A stretch of DNA of 64,000 bases from the NCBI GenBank assembly GCA_030141605.1, contig JAQGDQ010000111.1, positions 248,001 through 312,000 on the forward strand, read 5' to 3'. Below are positions 12,511 through 37,905 of the stretch, one piece after another. Position 1 is the stretch's first letter, and every line of letters starts with the position of its first letter. Below the pieces are notes generated by a model. That model saw only the letters and a list, made by a program, of their open reading frames with translations. It searched no databases and was not told where the DNA came from. Source of the stretch: Tubiluchus corallicola. Its lineage: Eukaryota; Animalia; Priapulida. Position numbers and translations under genes: made by a program.

Positions 12511-12829
12511 ATCCACTAAGTCTAATGATTCTAACAGGCAACTAACCGCAAATAAACCTGATTTTGTTAGCACAAAACTACAAAGTCCTTACTTTTAACA
12601 CCTAGCTTGAAAATCCAACCTTAACTTTTTACCAGCGCCTAATTAAGTAATATGAGAAATCTTCAAATCTATTGTCGGAGCTTCAGAACCGTTTTCAAAG
12701 AATTCCCGTACTGTTGTATACATTAACTCACAAAACAAGAAGTGGAAAACGAATTTGTGAGTTAAACAAAATTTCGTTTTTACTAATAATGATAATAATA
12801 TTATTTTATTGTGATATTTGATTTATTTA

Positions 12830-13025
12830 TTTAAAGAACTTGAGCCGATGACCTCTAGTAACATGATTATTTAAAGTATTTTTCTCCGTCGATCTTGTAG
12901 TAATCACTATGTTCTCTTAGCTCAGCACTAATTCTCCTTGTTGAAAACGATTCAAGCCTTTCACAGCTTTTTTGCACACTATCAAGAGCATTTATATCTT
13001 TTTTCAACCATGGTGAACATGGTTG
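12830..13025 (-). mobile_element. CR1/L2-like LINE 3' fragment (decayed)
   Basis: Minus strand reads SPWLKKDINALDSVQK...LESFSTRR... and, after a frameshift, TRGHRLKF, matching the WSPxLKKDI..LERVQRR / TRGH.LKL motifs at LINE ORF2 C-termini. Confidence 0.65.
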
Positions 13026-13316
13026 TATGTTAACTAACTAAAGTGGACTGTTTGTTAACTTTATATTTATTTTATTTTTAATTAATAAAATAATAGACAT
13101 AGACATAGACATATGCAGATATATGAGTCAATTACTGACAGTTTTTATATACTTTAGCATAGGATGCTAGACTTTTTGAGATAATTAGGAGATTGATTCT
13201 ACAGTACTGTGAGTCTAATACACAGTGCCTGTTGTATTAATTTTTGGTATCGGTAAATACGGACAATCGACAAATTCAGACTAACGTCTTCCCGCTATTC
13301 TCTGGCAAACCGAGAT

Positions 13317-14115
13317 ATGAGTGTATACATGTCTAAATTCAATGAAATGATTGTGACTTTCATGACTAAGCCTCCTGATATTCAAAACATTATCATCTCT
13401 AATTTGAAGGTAAAAAGAGTTGATTCAATTAAATTTTTAGATGTACAAATAGCTAAAGATTTAACATGTAGCTCCCATGTCCATTCAATTTATACTAAAG
13501 CCAGAAAGAATTTACCTTTTATGACTAATGAAAAGAGTTGGGACATCTATTGATGTGATATAAATGTACTACACCATGATTAAGCAAGTTGTTGACTAGG
13601 CTTGTCAGGTATGGCACTCATCTCTCTCCCTAAATCTTTCTAATTTGTTAGAAACTGTTCAGAAAACGTTCGTTGAAAATATTTAATTTTTCCAAATGAA
13701 AAACTGTGACTGCTCTAATAATCTCCAATCTTTATTTGATCATCACGGAAATTCTTGTAAAAAGTGGTTCTTATCAATTGAAAATCCTAGTAATAAAATC
13801 CACACTCTATTGCAAGATGCCCATACTCATAGATATAGTACTCGCCACCATCTGAAATACTCCTTACCTAGATGCAGAGCAGAGAGTTTCAAGAACAGTT
13901 TTATGTCATATGGTTTATTCAATTTCCAAACTTAAGTTTAGACTCATTTTAATTTATTTCGTTCATGTATCTTGTGACAGTGTAATTGTGCTTGTCACTG
14001 TATGTTCTACCTTGCTTATTATTTTAAAAAAATTATATTTTGTAATTTTATGCTGTACTGTAATTTAACCTTTTGGTTGTAATGATGATAAATAAACTTA
14101 TTATTATTATTATTA
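13317..14115 (+). mobile_element. L2/CR1-clade LINE reverse-transcriptase remnant with 3' UTR and (TTA)n tail
   Basis: Broken ORFs: SKFNEMIVTF...VKRVDSIKFLDVQIAKDLTCSSHVHSIYTKARKNLPFM and HRYSTRHHLKYSLPRCRAESFKNSFM; AATAAA then (TTA)n at 14092-14115. Confidence 0.85.
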
Positions 14116-14146
14116 AGCTTATTATTTTTTTAGTTTCCACAACTCT

Positions 14147-27665
<13,519 letters not shown>

Positions 27666-27844
27666 TCTATTGGCTGTCCCTTTGTCTTGTAAAAATTTCA
27701 TTGGTTCAAGATTTTTGTGTGCTTAACACGGAATTGGCTTTACAGAAAAAGTTGAAAAGGGTACCTTGCATTCTAACTTTATTATAATCTTGATCAACTT
27801 GTAAGTTACACACAATAGTAAACATATACTGAATTCTGTTCTAG

Positions 27845-28382
27845 AAAATACACAGTAAGTAGAATAATTGTGATGTCAAAGTAGAAAGAATTGCATGTAA
27901 TGGGTTATTTCTCGAAATACGTCAAATTAACGGTTGTTGAAATTTACATTATGAACAAAATCACTAACAAAAATGTTTTAGTAAACATATTTACTATATG
28001 TTACAAATAAATATCTTGAAATCTATTGATTTTGTTCTATTTACTCTATTAGCATCAAAGTGATAAGGAATTAATGACTGCTATTAAACAATTAGCTAGC
28101 ACATTTACACAGATTAACAAACCAGTTTGAACAAAAGATTGAAATCTCATTTTTAGAGGCATTTATCAACAATCAATTCCACAACATTGTACAATAATTT
28201 AACGTTTTTTTTGGCAACACGTAAGCAAATGACAACAAAATCAATAGATTTCAAAAAAATTTATTTATAATATATTGTGAATGAGTTTATTAGAACTTCA
28301 TCACTGATGTTTTTGTTTATAATATGACCCCATACAGTCAGTATTTTAGATTTACTTTGTATAATTTATTACGTATGTGTTT
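27845..28382. repeat. Diverged inverted repeat just downstream of the F-box/WD40 stop codon
   Basis: Perfect 21-bp core TTGAAATCTATTGATTTTGTT (28016-28036) / AACAAAATCAATAGATTTCAA (28234-28254) with patchy complementarity extending outward. Confidence 0.7.
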
Positions 28383-30479
28383 GATTGTTCCATGACGTTG
28401 CCCAGCTTCTCACGACAAAATTAAAATCGCAGCAAATCAGTGGACACATAACTTAGAAAGTGCGTGTAGTGCCTACACGGCATATTTTTGCATATCAGCT
28501 GAAATTGTTGAACAGGGTTGTGATGTAATTAACGTAATCGTTTAATATTTAAAGATCTGACGTCTTAGTAACTTATAAATCCGTGGAAAGAATATTGTAT
28601 TCTAATGTTTGAGGGCTAGCTAATTTAATAATTTAACGTAGTAATAATAAATATGTGTATTTTTGTGATTATGTATACAACAGTTTTAGTTGGTATGTAT
28701 TGTAATTGTTAGAGCTGTGTTAATGGCATTTTATGGTATTTGTAGTAAAATTATTTATTCAAGGTACCTCGTTTTTTGTGCCAGGTTGATAAAAGGAAGG
28801 TTAATGGAAGGGTTATCGTAATATTAAACTGTGCTATAAATTTTTAGACTGTTGAGCAACAAGGCAATTATACATAATTATTTGAATGATAGGCCTAACA
28901 ATTTTCAAAAATTCAGAAACTGTTGGTTCATTTCTACTATGTGCTTTTATTAGTGAAAATGTTTATAACACTCGGATGTGCCATGATCAGGGCTGATTTA
29001 CTGAAGAATTTTAGCAGTTACCACATTTGTGCAGTTTCACTACCAATGATACAAAATGAAAACTGTAGCTCCCTCTATCCGTGGTAAGCAAAACTATTAT
29101 AGCAGAAGACTCGGATTTGGCTGACCATCTCTTTTTTCTGGTACCATGAGTAACAACTTAAACTAATTAAAGTATGAGAGTGCAAAATGTAGAATTTGAA
29201 TTAATTTGTAAAAAGAAAAAATAATGAAAAAAGAATTGTATTTATTTAAAACTGACAAACATGAAAATAATTATTAGTTTGCTTGTTAATACCGTGAACA
29301 CATGAACTGACATGGTTATATCGATATAGCGAGATTTAAATGCATAATTATAAAGCACATACTCTTCGTGCTGGATATTCAATTACTACTTTAAATGTCA
29401 ATCTCCCAAACAAAGCCAGTGGCTACACACAAGCTTACAAACCTAAGAACTGAAAACGTGAACAAATCTAGAAAAATGATATTGTGCTATTTTAACTTCC
29501 TGTAGATTTCTTATCTATCAACGGTCGTCTAAAAGCGGATGAAGTTAAAATAGGTAGATCTAAAATATCATCTACTTGCAGTAACCATGTCAACACAGTT
29601 AAACAGGGTAAAAAAATGACAGTCGCTGGCAGCTTGCAAGTAAAATGTGTTAGTAAAGGCACTTTTATATATTTTCAGAATATAAAACATCTTAGTCCAT
29701 AATATTCAAAAGCAATGAATGCTGTAGGAAGAAGGGAGGAGTCTAGCTTTCGAGCCCTTCACCTAAGTGTGGAGCTATACGTATCGTTAATAACATTAAC
29801 ACAGTTTATAAAAGGATTATATATATAAACTTACGTTTACATAACTACACAAAGTATACAAGTAACAAAGAGCTAAGTCAAACATACATTAATAGTGACT
29901 TTTGAACATTAATAAGTCAGAACAGGCATTTACAATGATTTCCGAATATTAATAAGCCAAGTTAGAACAAGAAAAAGCAAAATAAAAATGCAGCAATAAA
30001 AAATTACCACAGATTCAATTTAATCAAATTTAGGAGCCGGATCAGTTACTGTAGATGTACTCAGAGACTTGCCAGAGCTTATGAAAGCAAACAAGTCTTG
30101 TATATCCGTTCTATTAACATCATATCCAGCATTTTTACTATCACAGCAGAAGTGCTCTGCTATAGTCTTGAATTTTTATCATTTCAGGGCTTTGTCGAGC
30201 CCCGATCAAATAAGATCAAAGTAGTATAGTATTATAAATTTGAAACACAGATGAAAAACGTTTACATGTAACATACACTTAACAAAAATGGAAAGAAGGC
30301 AATACCCACTGTAGTTCAGTGGTGTACAGGCAAGAAATTCGGCAACAGTGGAAAGGAATTAAACTAATAAAAGTTTGGAAAGTAGAGGACAGTGAAATTT
30401 ACAGGCAATGGAAAAACAATTCAAGCACAACAAGACGTACTCTCACAACAACGCAACAACTTTAAATGGTTTACAGGCA

Positions 30480-30708
30480 AAAGCGGAAATGAATGACGCT
30501 GTGACCCGGAAACTCTGCTGCACAATGACGTCACTGCGACCTCGGTTCCTGTACATGCGTATTGTATTGAGTAAGTAGCGTTAAGATACGTGTGTGTGTG
30601 TAGCTGTGTTAGCGGTTTATGGGAATGTGTTTTAGTTTAGTTAACTTACATAAGTAGAAGTTTTTCGAGAACAGACTCACAGGAACTGTTTGTATTTGAA
30701 TGGTAAGT
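30480..30708 (+). promoter_or_regulatory. Candidate housekeeping-type promoter with non-coding first exon
   Basis: CpG-richer patch with ETS-like GCGGAAAT (30483) and CCGGAA (30506), full CRE TGACGTCA (30526-30533), then GTAAGT donors at 30571 and 30703. Confidence 0.5.
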
Positions 30709-31786
30709 TCTGTAAAGAAAATATATTTTATTTTGTAAGTAAATAAATAGAAATAAGTAATTCTGGTAATAAGTTTATTCACCATAACACAGTGCAACAA
30801 TGTAAATTATTATGTTATACTGTAGCACATTAATTACTACATGTGTGTATACTGCCTATGTAATTACATTGTATTTGTAAAAAAGTCTGGCATTTACTCT
30901 TAATTTAAATATAAGCTTTATTAAAACGAATCATGCATTTATTTTAAACACCAGGAATTTAATCGTTTAGAAACATTTTGGCAGGTTGCCCTTTTTTCCG
31001 GACTATCATTTATGGCCCTGCTTGGGATTGTGCTATGCATAGGCACAATTAATTGTAGTTTAGAATTATCGGTCAAAGGTTGTTTGTATTGTATGGTACC
31101 TTTACGGTGTATCCAACTACTGTTATGTAACTATAACACGTGATTACACTAATTACGTATAAGTTTTAATAAGCGTCAATATAAGATTTGCTGATGCCTA
31201 AATTAAATTGTTTGATCAATAAACATGTTTATCTAACATGAAGAGCTTTTCCAAAGTTGCTTAGCAAAGTAGTAGCCGTTTAAATAAATATCTACACTTA
31301 GCCAAGACAACAACAGCAAAAGTTTAGCATTCTTTGTTTATACAGACCCATTTTTACATTGCTAGGCACAAATAATTATTGACGCTTTCACGATCTTCCT
31401 CTATCGTTAACACTGAAAAAGCTTATTTACACTCATTTTTACTAAGACAACCGAAATTGTATAAAAAAGAATCAGCAAGTGCAAGTGTAACGCTGAATCA
31501 TCAAAGTGTAACGTAAAATGATGCACAATAATAAAATTTGTAAAAACAATTTACCCTAAAATTGAATACACCTCATTGAAAGGCTTCCACTAAAATGTAT
31601 ATGAATTATATACTATATACAACACGTTTTATACTATAATATGGTTTGGAGACATGTGTAGGATAAAATTGCAATAAGGCAGTAAATTAACATTAATAGC
31701 TAATTGATTGCTGAAAACTGACAAACAAGTAAGAAGAGCTACACGAGAATCCAGAACATTCCAAATGTTTAAAACTCTGTTAAAAA

Positions 31787-32260
31787 ATGAAAATTTTGAG
31801 ATGTTTAATCTTGAATCTAAAACAAATTAGGACAAATACCCACTATGGAACGAACTCTGTAATCAGGCAAGCAATTCTACTTTGGAATTCTCTACCACTA
31901 CAGGTTAAACAAATCAAGTCCCTATCAGCATTTAAAACAAAATTAAAATCACTAATATTGACCAGATATGAAATACCACCAGTACGACAACATACACACT
32001 AATTCAGAATTTATATATCCACGGCCATATTAATTAAATCATTATTTTTTTCATTTTATTGTGCATAGTTGTAAATATGTTTGATTTTATTCGTCATTAC
32101 TTTCCATTAGTGCACAGTAGTTTAGATTGCACTGATGCATTTGTCTTTAGCAGTATAAATTTTTATTAACTAACACTGATTGATCATCTCTGTAAAGTTT
32201 TTATCAGTGATTGTCAATGTATTTTAATGGCAAATAAAGATTATATATATATATATATAT
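31787..32260 (+). mobile_element. CR1/L2-like LINE 3' end
   Basis: RTNTHYGTNSVIRQAILLWNSLPLQVKQIKSLSAFKTKLK is the typical LWN.LP...SL..FK..LK terminal motif; T-rich UTR, AATAAA and (TA)n tail follow. Confidence 0.8.
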
Positions 32261-32376
32261 AAACAATTTAAAGTTGTGACCAAGTGACCATACTGGATCA
32301 TCAGTGTGAAGCATACTGGAAAAAATCATCAAAATTTGAACTAACAATTAGAGTGTGTTATAATCACTTCGATTAT

Positions 32377-32380
<4 letters not shown>

Positions 32381-32410
<30 letters not shown>
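32381..32410. repeat. (CA)n microsatellite
   Basis: Directly visible. Confidence 0.95.
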
Positions 32411-32411
<1 letters not shown>

Positions 32412-34620
32412 GAAGTTGGACTTTTGCTAATAATCCAGGAAAAGTGAGCAATTTTGGCTTACTGTTTAAGTTTTAATTGTGTTGTCACTGGCAATGTTCA
32501 TTTTGCACTTACAGCGTACACCCATGTATTTGTGTGATACATTCGTGTGCCTTGCACTTACTATGTGATAACTTGCACTGTTCTTGTTTATTTGCTTTGT
32601 AAACCCTTTTACCTAGTTATCCGAGGTAGTTTTAAATATACACATTGTAACAAGCGTAGTAACTACATAAATTTATAGGTAATAATAATAATAATAAAGC
32701 AAGCCATACTATGCCATATAATCATAAAAACCTGTTTCCGTGCAATGCAGCCATATGCAGTGCATGCTTGCTTACAGCTCAAATTAAATGGTTTAACCTG
32801 TCAATGTATACTTTCCTGAAACTCAGAATAAGCAGTTTTAATCTGCTGAGTGCATAAAGCCAATAATGTAAATGTATTTTCCACATCGATGATCGAAAGG
32901 GTTGCAGAATCTCTTTTCTCTGGTTTTTAAGGCTATTCACCTGACTTTAATTTACCTGTGCCAGGCCTTGTAGTGCTAAATGATTGTTGCTGTTACTAGT
33001 GGTAACAGATGTGTGATGTGGATGTTATTATATGCACACTGCACACTGGACAATGAGTCATAAAGAGTACTGAACTTGTATCATCTGCCTGTCTGTGTGT
33101 CTGTGGCCTCTGTTTGCAAAAGTTCACTGATAGTTCTGAAGCATGCCAACCATACATTTCTCTAAACGAGAAAGGTAACTGCTGATGTGGTGATGTAATT
33201 TTGTCAGGTTAGCATCTAGTTTTAGCAAATATGGGTTCTTTGACTGGTTTTCATTTACCGTTATCATCCCAATATATCACATTGTGTTGCTTACATCATT
33301 TTTTCCTGTGACATCTTTACCTACTTTACCATTTTTGTCGCGTTTACCTGTATTTGCCGTTATCAATTTGTTAAATTATCACCGTTGAGCTATTTCCAGC
33401 TATATAAGCACACCTTTCGGTAAAGTAACTAACATTTGACCTTGAACTGTTCGCTCAGGATCGTCTGATAAGAATCTGCCTTCAGTATGGTTCTATAGCT
33501 CACCTAAGTTTGGTTGTCCAACTCCTTATAGGCCTTGAGATGTAAGTACCTTGCAGTTTTATATTCACTGACTGTTTGGCTGACTGACTGACTGGCTGAA
33601 GTCACTCACTCACTACATTGCAAAAAGGAGCGTGCAAATATTTTGTATCAGTTTAGTATTTGATTGTCCAATTTCGTGCTACACAAAATTCGCTAGCAGT
33701 TTCAATTTTCTACATACTGCTTTGGATCAGAAATCAGCATCCAATTTTTAAATCCTGTTAGCGAGCCTGACTGCTGGCAGTGAGCAGTATTAACCAGAAT
33801 ATGATTACTGTTCCCTGAAGCCTGCAGACCATAGAGCTCAGCAACCAATCGTATTATTAAGGATTTCGTAAATATTTCATTCAAACGTAGAAAAGTTATC
33901 TGATCTTTCACTGAAATGTAGAAAAATTATCCGAATCAAAGCATCTATTATTTTTCTGAGCCACAATCATAAACTATGGTAGTCTGAACTGTGCTTTGTA
34001 GAAACAGTAATCTTGTAAACAGAAGCAGAACTAGAACAATAGCCATAAACTGTAATATTAGCTAATGTGAAACATGTTTAATAAAAGCAACATACTGCCA
34101 AAGTGGCGTTTGCACAACCTGAGCATGAACTAAAGTTATATTATTAGTGTGAAGTGTGAACAATATTTAATATTTATTGAGTAATTACTATTCATTCAAT
34201 ACAAAACACTGTTTACAAAATATAAATACATACATATATAACGCTATAAAACATATACTACGTTAGTAACAACATAATAATACAAGTTAAATACAGCAAT
34301 ATAAACTAAGGACAAAACATACTAATAAACACAAGATACTGTTGTACACTGCTGTCAGGCGTGAGTGAACTGTACTGAACTGAAGTCATGAATTGGTGTG
34401 AACGACGCTTAATTTTAAAGCAGCAAACTAACATGGATATTAATCAGTTTGTACACTATACTGAAACCTCTTAATCTTTTAACGCGTATTAGTTTGGCTA
34501 ATGAGGAACTGTACTGCAGTGAAATAGCAAACTATAGCGTTGCTTTCTCTATGCCAATAGCTTGCTTATATTTGGATTCTTGAGGTCCTTCGCTTTTTTG
34601 CTGCCAACTACTGACACCTA

Positions 34621-34762
34621 CAGGATGTTCCAAAAAAAAAACAGTGCACTAACAAACGATATAAACACATCCTACCAAGTTACAGTATAAAGTACAGACC
34701 TAATATTACTTTTACATCATAATGACGTCATAAAATTCAGAATTAATTTTTTTGGAACACTC
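34621..34762. mobile_element. Tc1/mariner-type MITE remnant
   Basis: TA-CAGGATGTTCCAAAAAA ... TTTTTTGGAACAC; related to 7539-7757. Confidence 0.6.
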
Positions 34763-34954
34763 GATCAGTATAATGAGCACTCGGCATGCACAAAGTAATA
34801 TTATAAAACCCACGCGGGAAGCTGACAACGTTAATTGCTCAGTAATCATTCTGTGACCAAACATGATTATTAAATGTTCTTACGCATCTCAAGGGTTTAT
34901 TTCCTCTAATTTAAGAACCGATGTAAATATGATGCTTACGAAAATAGCCCGCAT

Positions 34955-35010
34955 GTGGGCGTGGATGACGCTTACGAGCTATAAATTTAGGTCGCTGATG
35001 ACGTCAGTCT
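34955..35010 (+). promoter_or_regulatory. Candidate TATA/CRE core promoter
   Basis: GC box GGGCGTGG 34957-34964, half-CRE TGACG, TATAAA 34980-34985, full CRE 34999-35006 overlapping Inr-like TCAGT. Confidence 0.45.
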
Positions 35011-37804
35011 ATTATAGCTACGTAATAAGATAAGTGGCTTCATTTAGCTAAGAGATCTATTTACTACGCTCGGATGGCGCGAAGTACCTCAGCGCGCCAA
35101 GCCACTTGATGTAGCTTCAATTATTAAACATTTCGTAACATTCCCTCACGTCAATATAAATAATCTCGACTACTGTTTAATGTATCTAGGCTACAGATGG
35201 GCCCTTTATAGATTGTAATGACCTAGAAATCTTTTCATTAGCATTAACTCTATTAGATCGCTGGCCTGGAAGTGACTATATTTATTTCATTTCCATCGTT
35301 TTCCAGGAAGTTTAATCGATATTGTGAGAAGTTTTATGATTGATGCTAAAAATTCGCTTATGCTTTTCCTAATATAAATATTGATGTCAGCTATTTTCCC
35401 TGTATGACATTTATCGGTTGTAATCGATTAGAACGTTGTGACATTTACACCTGTGCAATTAATGATTGTGCCTGAATCTTGCATGAAGCCTGCGCGAATA
35501 TTATGAACTATTATCAATAATGATATTTGCAACTGAGAAGTCAAGCTTCTACCGATTTCAGTATTTGAAACGTAAAAATGGTTTACGAATCAATAACCTT
35601 TAAAATTTTGCACTATTTACGCCGTGAAAAAGTTCAAATAAAAATTTGTTAGAAAGTTATATATAAAGAAAGTATAAAAAGTTAGAAATGGAAACTTCGA
35701 GAGGTGAATAACGGTTTCATGCATTTTTCACTTTAATGTAATGTACTACATGCGGGAGTGCATTGCTCTGTTTTTGCAATGGATAATATTATAATGCGTT
35801 TTGTATGCTCCACATTTTAATGCATTGTATTACACTTTATTAGTGTAAAGATATTCTGTTGGCTAGGTAAGATTGCATTGCAAAATGAAAATGGCCAGAG
35901 AGTGTGTGCACTGAAGTCAAATAACACTGAGACTGGTTAGTGTACAGATAGGTGACTGCCAGAGTAAATATTCGCTCTGGGTAATTTCCTTCACCATACT
36001 AATTTTGGCTGTTTACCTCGCAGAGGGAAGATCGGTGTTCACATCTCAGCGCGGCTGAGGCATCTTTATTTAAAATCCCACTATCACATTTATTAATTTT
36101 TTTAAATGTAACTGTGAGACTTTGTTTAAAAATGCTTCAGTCTTGGTTATAAAGAATTTCATCTATATGACTGAGCATTTCTGCCGGTTTAGTGATTAAT
36201 TGTGAACCGACCGTGATTCATCATTAACACCAATTGTTCATCATCATCGTCGTCATCATCATCATCACCACCACCGTTGCCAATAACATTAATATCACCA
36301 TCATTGTCGTCATAATCATCATCACAACATCGTCATTATCGTCTCCACCTTTTGTGTTTAATTCATTTATTATTTATTATCATTCATTGTTTGTCTATTC
36401 TTTTATTATACGTCATAATTAAGGCCTATCCGTGTTCAGCTAATAAGTTTGTTTCCTCTGGTTATGCTCATAGCACTGCAATGTAAACTTTGTCAACAAA
36501 ATATTGTGGTCATTGTTGTTTTGTAATGCTAAATGGATAAATAAATAAAATCAAAAGTCAAATCAGAAGACTTTAATCCTGCTACAACCTACCACATAAT
36601 TCTAATGAGTGTTTTATTCCAACTTACAGTGTCCTGAACTACGTAAAAGCGGCAGATGCTATTTTCTTGGTTCCTGGTTTCACTTATGCAGTACGCTGGC
36701 AACCAGTATTTCAATCCAGAACTGCTTTTAGGTCTAATGTCTCTGCACTTACCGTTATCTTCATATTATTAAGTATACATTACGGATGAGCCCCTATACC
36801 TGGTTTCATATAGGCTAACTACAATACAGTATGGTGTTTCATCTGTTTACATGGCTTCTTTACACATTGAGCGTGTTTGTCTAGCACCAGAAGCCCTGCT
36901 CTTTTAATGGATTTCCTAGTGCTTGCTGCATCTCAGCTGTCCCCGCAACCGCGTGCGATCACGTGACTCTACCAGCGCGTCCTAAATGACATTGCGTCTT
37001 GATTGTAAATCGACATTCTGCTGTGGATAGTCAATGTGGACAATGATATGTATGTAGCTGAAAACTGAATTTATAAAAAGAAGACGTCAGGTGAGTGCTT
37101 CACGTGATAGTTTCACAACTTGGCTTCAGGTATTTACAACTGGAGCTTTTTCTTTCCATGTTCTTATGTTTTTACTCTAATATACACTGCACCTAATTCT
37201 TAGGCTATTCCATTGTTTTTTGTTTTCTTCTCTGACTTTTTTCGTTCTGAGTTTTTCTCATTTTCTGACTGTGCTGACCGCCTTGCCTCTCTTTTACCGC
37301 GTGTTGTATTGTTCCTCAGTTTTGTACTCACTGCTGTGTTTCAAAGGGCATACTTAATAAGTTAATGTTAGTGGAAGGAGAGGAACGTAGCTTATTATCA
37401 AGGCCAACCATCTGATATGCAATGAGCTCAAAAAGTGCTTTTGACTAGTTTACCTTTTCTTTTTATTCTGTCTATTTTAAAATTTCGTCAGTGCGACTAA
37501 AGCACGCGGTTCGAGTTGTTTCGATTATTAATCCACCAAAGGGAAGAGTGCTGTAAAGGGTCATCCACACGATTGTTCAGGAACTGTCATTCTCGAGTTT
37601 GTCAGTGTTCAAGGATCGTGTTACAGGCGCCGAGAATGACAGTGAAATTTTAATGTCATTAAAGTTTGACGATGTCAAGCTGAACTTGATTTATAATAAT
37701 TTCGTTTAGGGCATAGTCCAAGGTTAACACCTTAAGTACCTCAATACTTATTTCCAAAGTGGTCCTGATTATTATTACCTGCACGTTATTTCGATAAACC
37801 CGCG

Positions 37805-37905
37805 GCAACATTTTTCAAGTCTTTGGTATGACTCGGTCGAGAGTGGAACCCACGACTTCCTGGGTGGTAAGTGAGCACGCTACTATTGAGCTACGCCACC
37901 CGGTA
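37805..37905 (-). mobile_element. tRNA-derived SINE 5' portion
   Basis: Minus strand GGTGGCGTAGCTCAATAGTAGCGTG (A-box-like)...GTCGTGGGTTCCACTCTCG (B-box-like), followed by non-tRNA body GTCATACCAAAGACTTGAAAA; does not close a cloverleaf. Confidence 0.7.

Noticed and set aside
12723-12764. TTAACTCACAAA / TTTGTGAGTTAA inverted repeat
   Set aside because: Short isolated hairpin among transposon debris; no functional context.
33060-33640. CTGT/TGAC microsatellite-bearing segment with TGACCTTGA motif (Helentron/DINE-like)
   Set aside because: Probably repeat-derived, but termini and family could not be established by eye.
37820-37905. Possible tRNA gene
   Set aside because: Degenerate A/B boxes, no full cloverleaf, continues into a SINE-like body.
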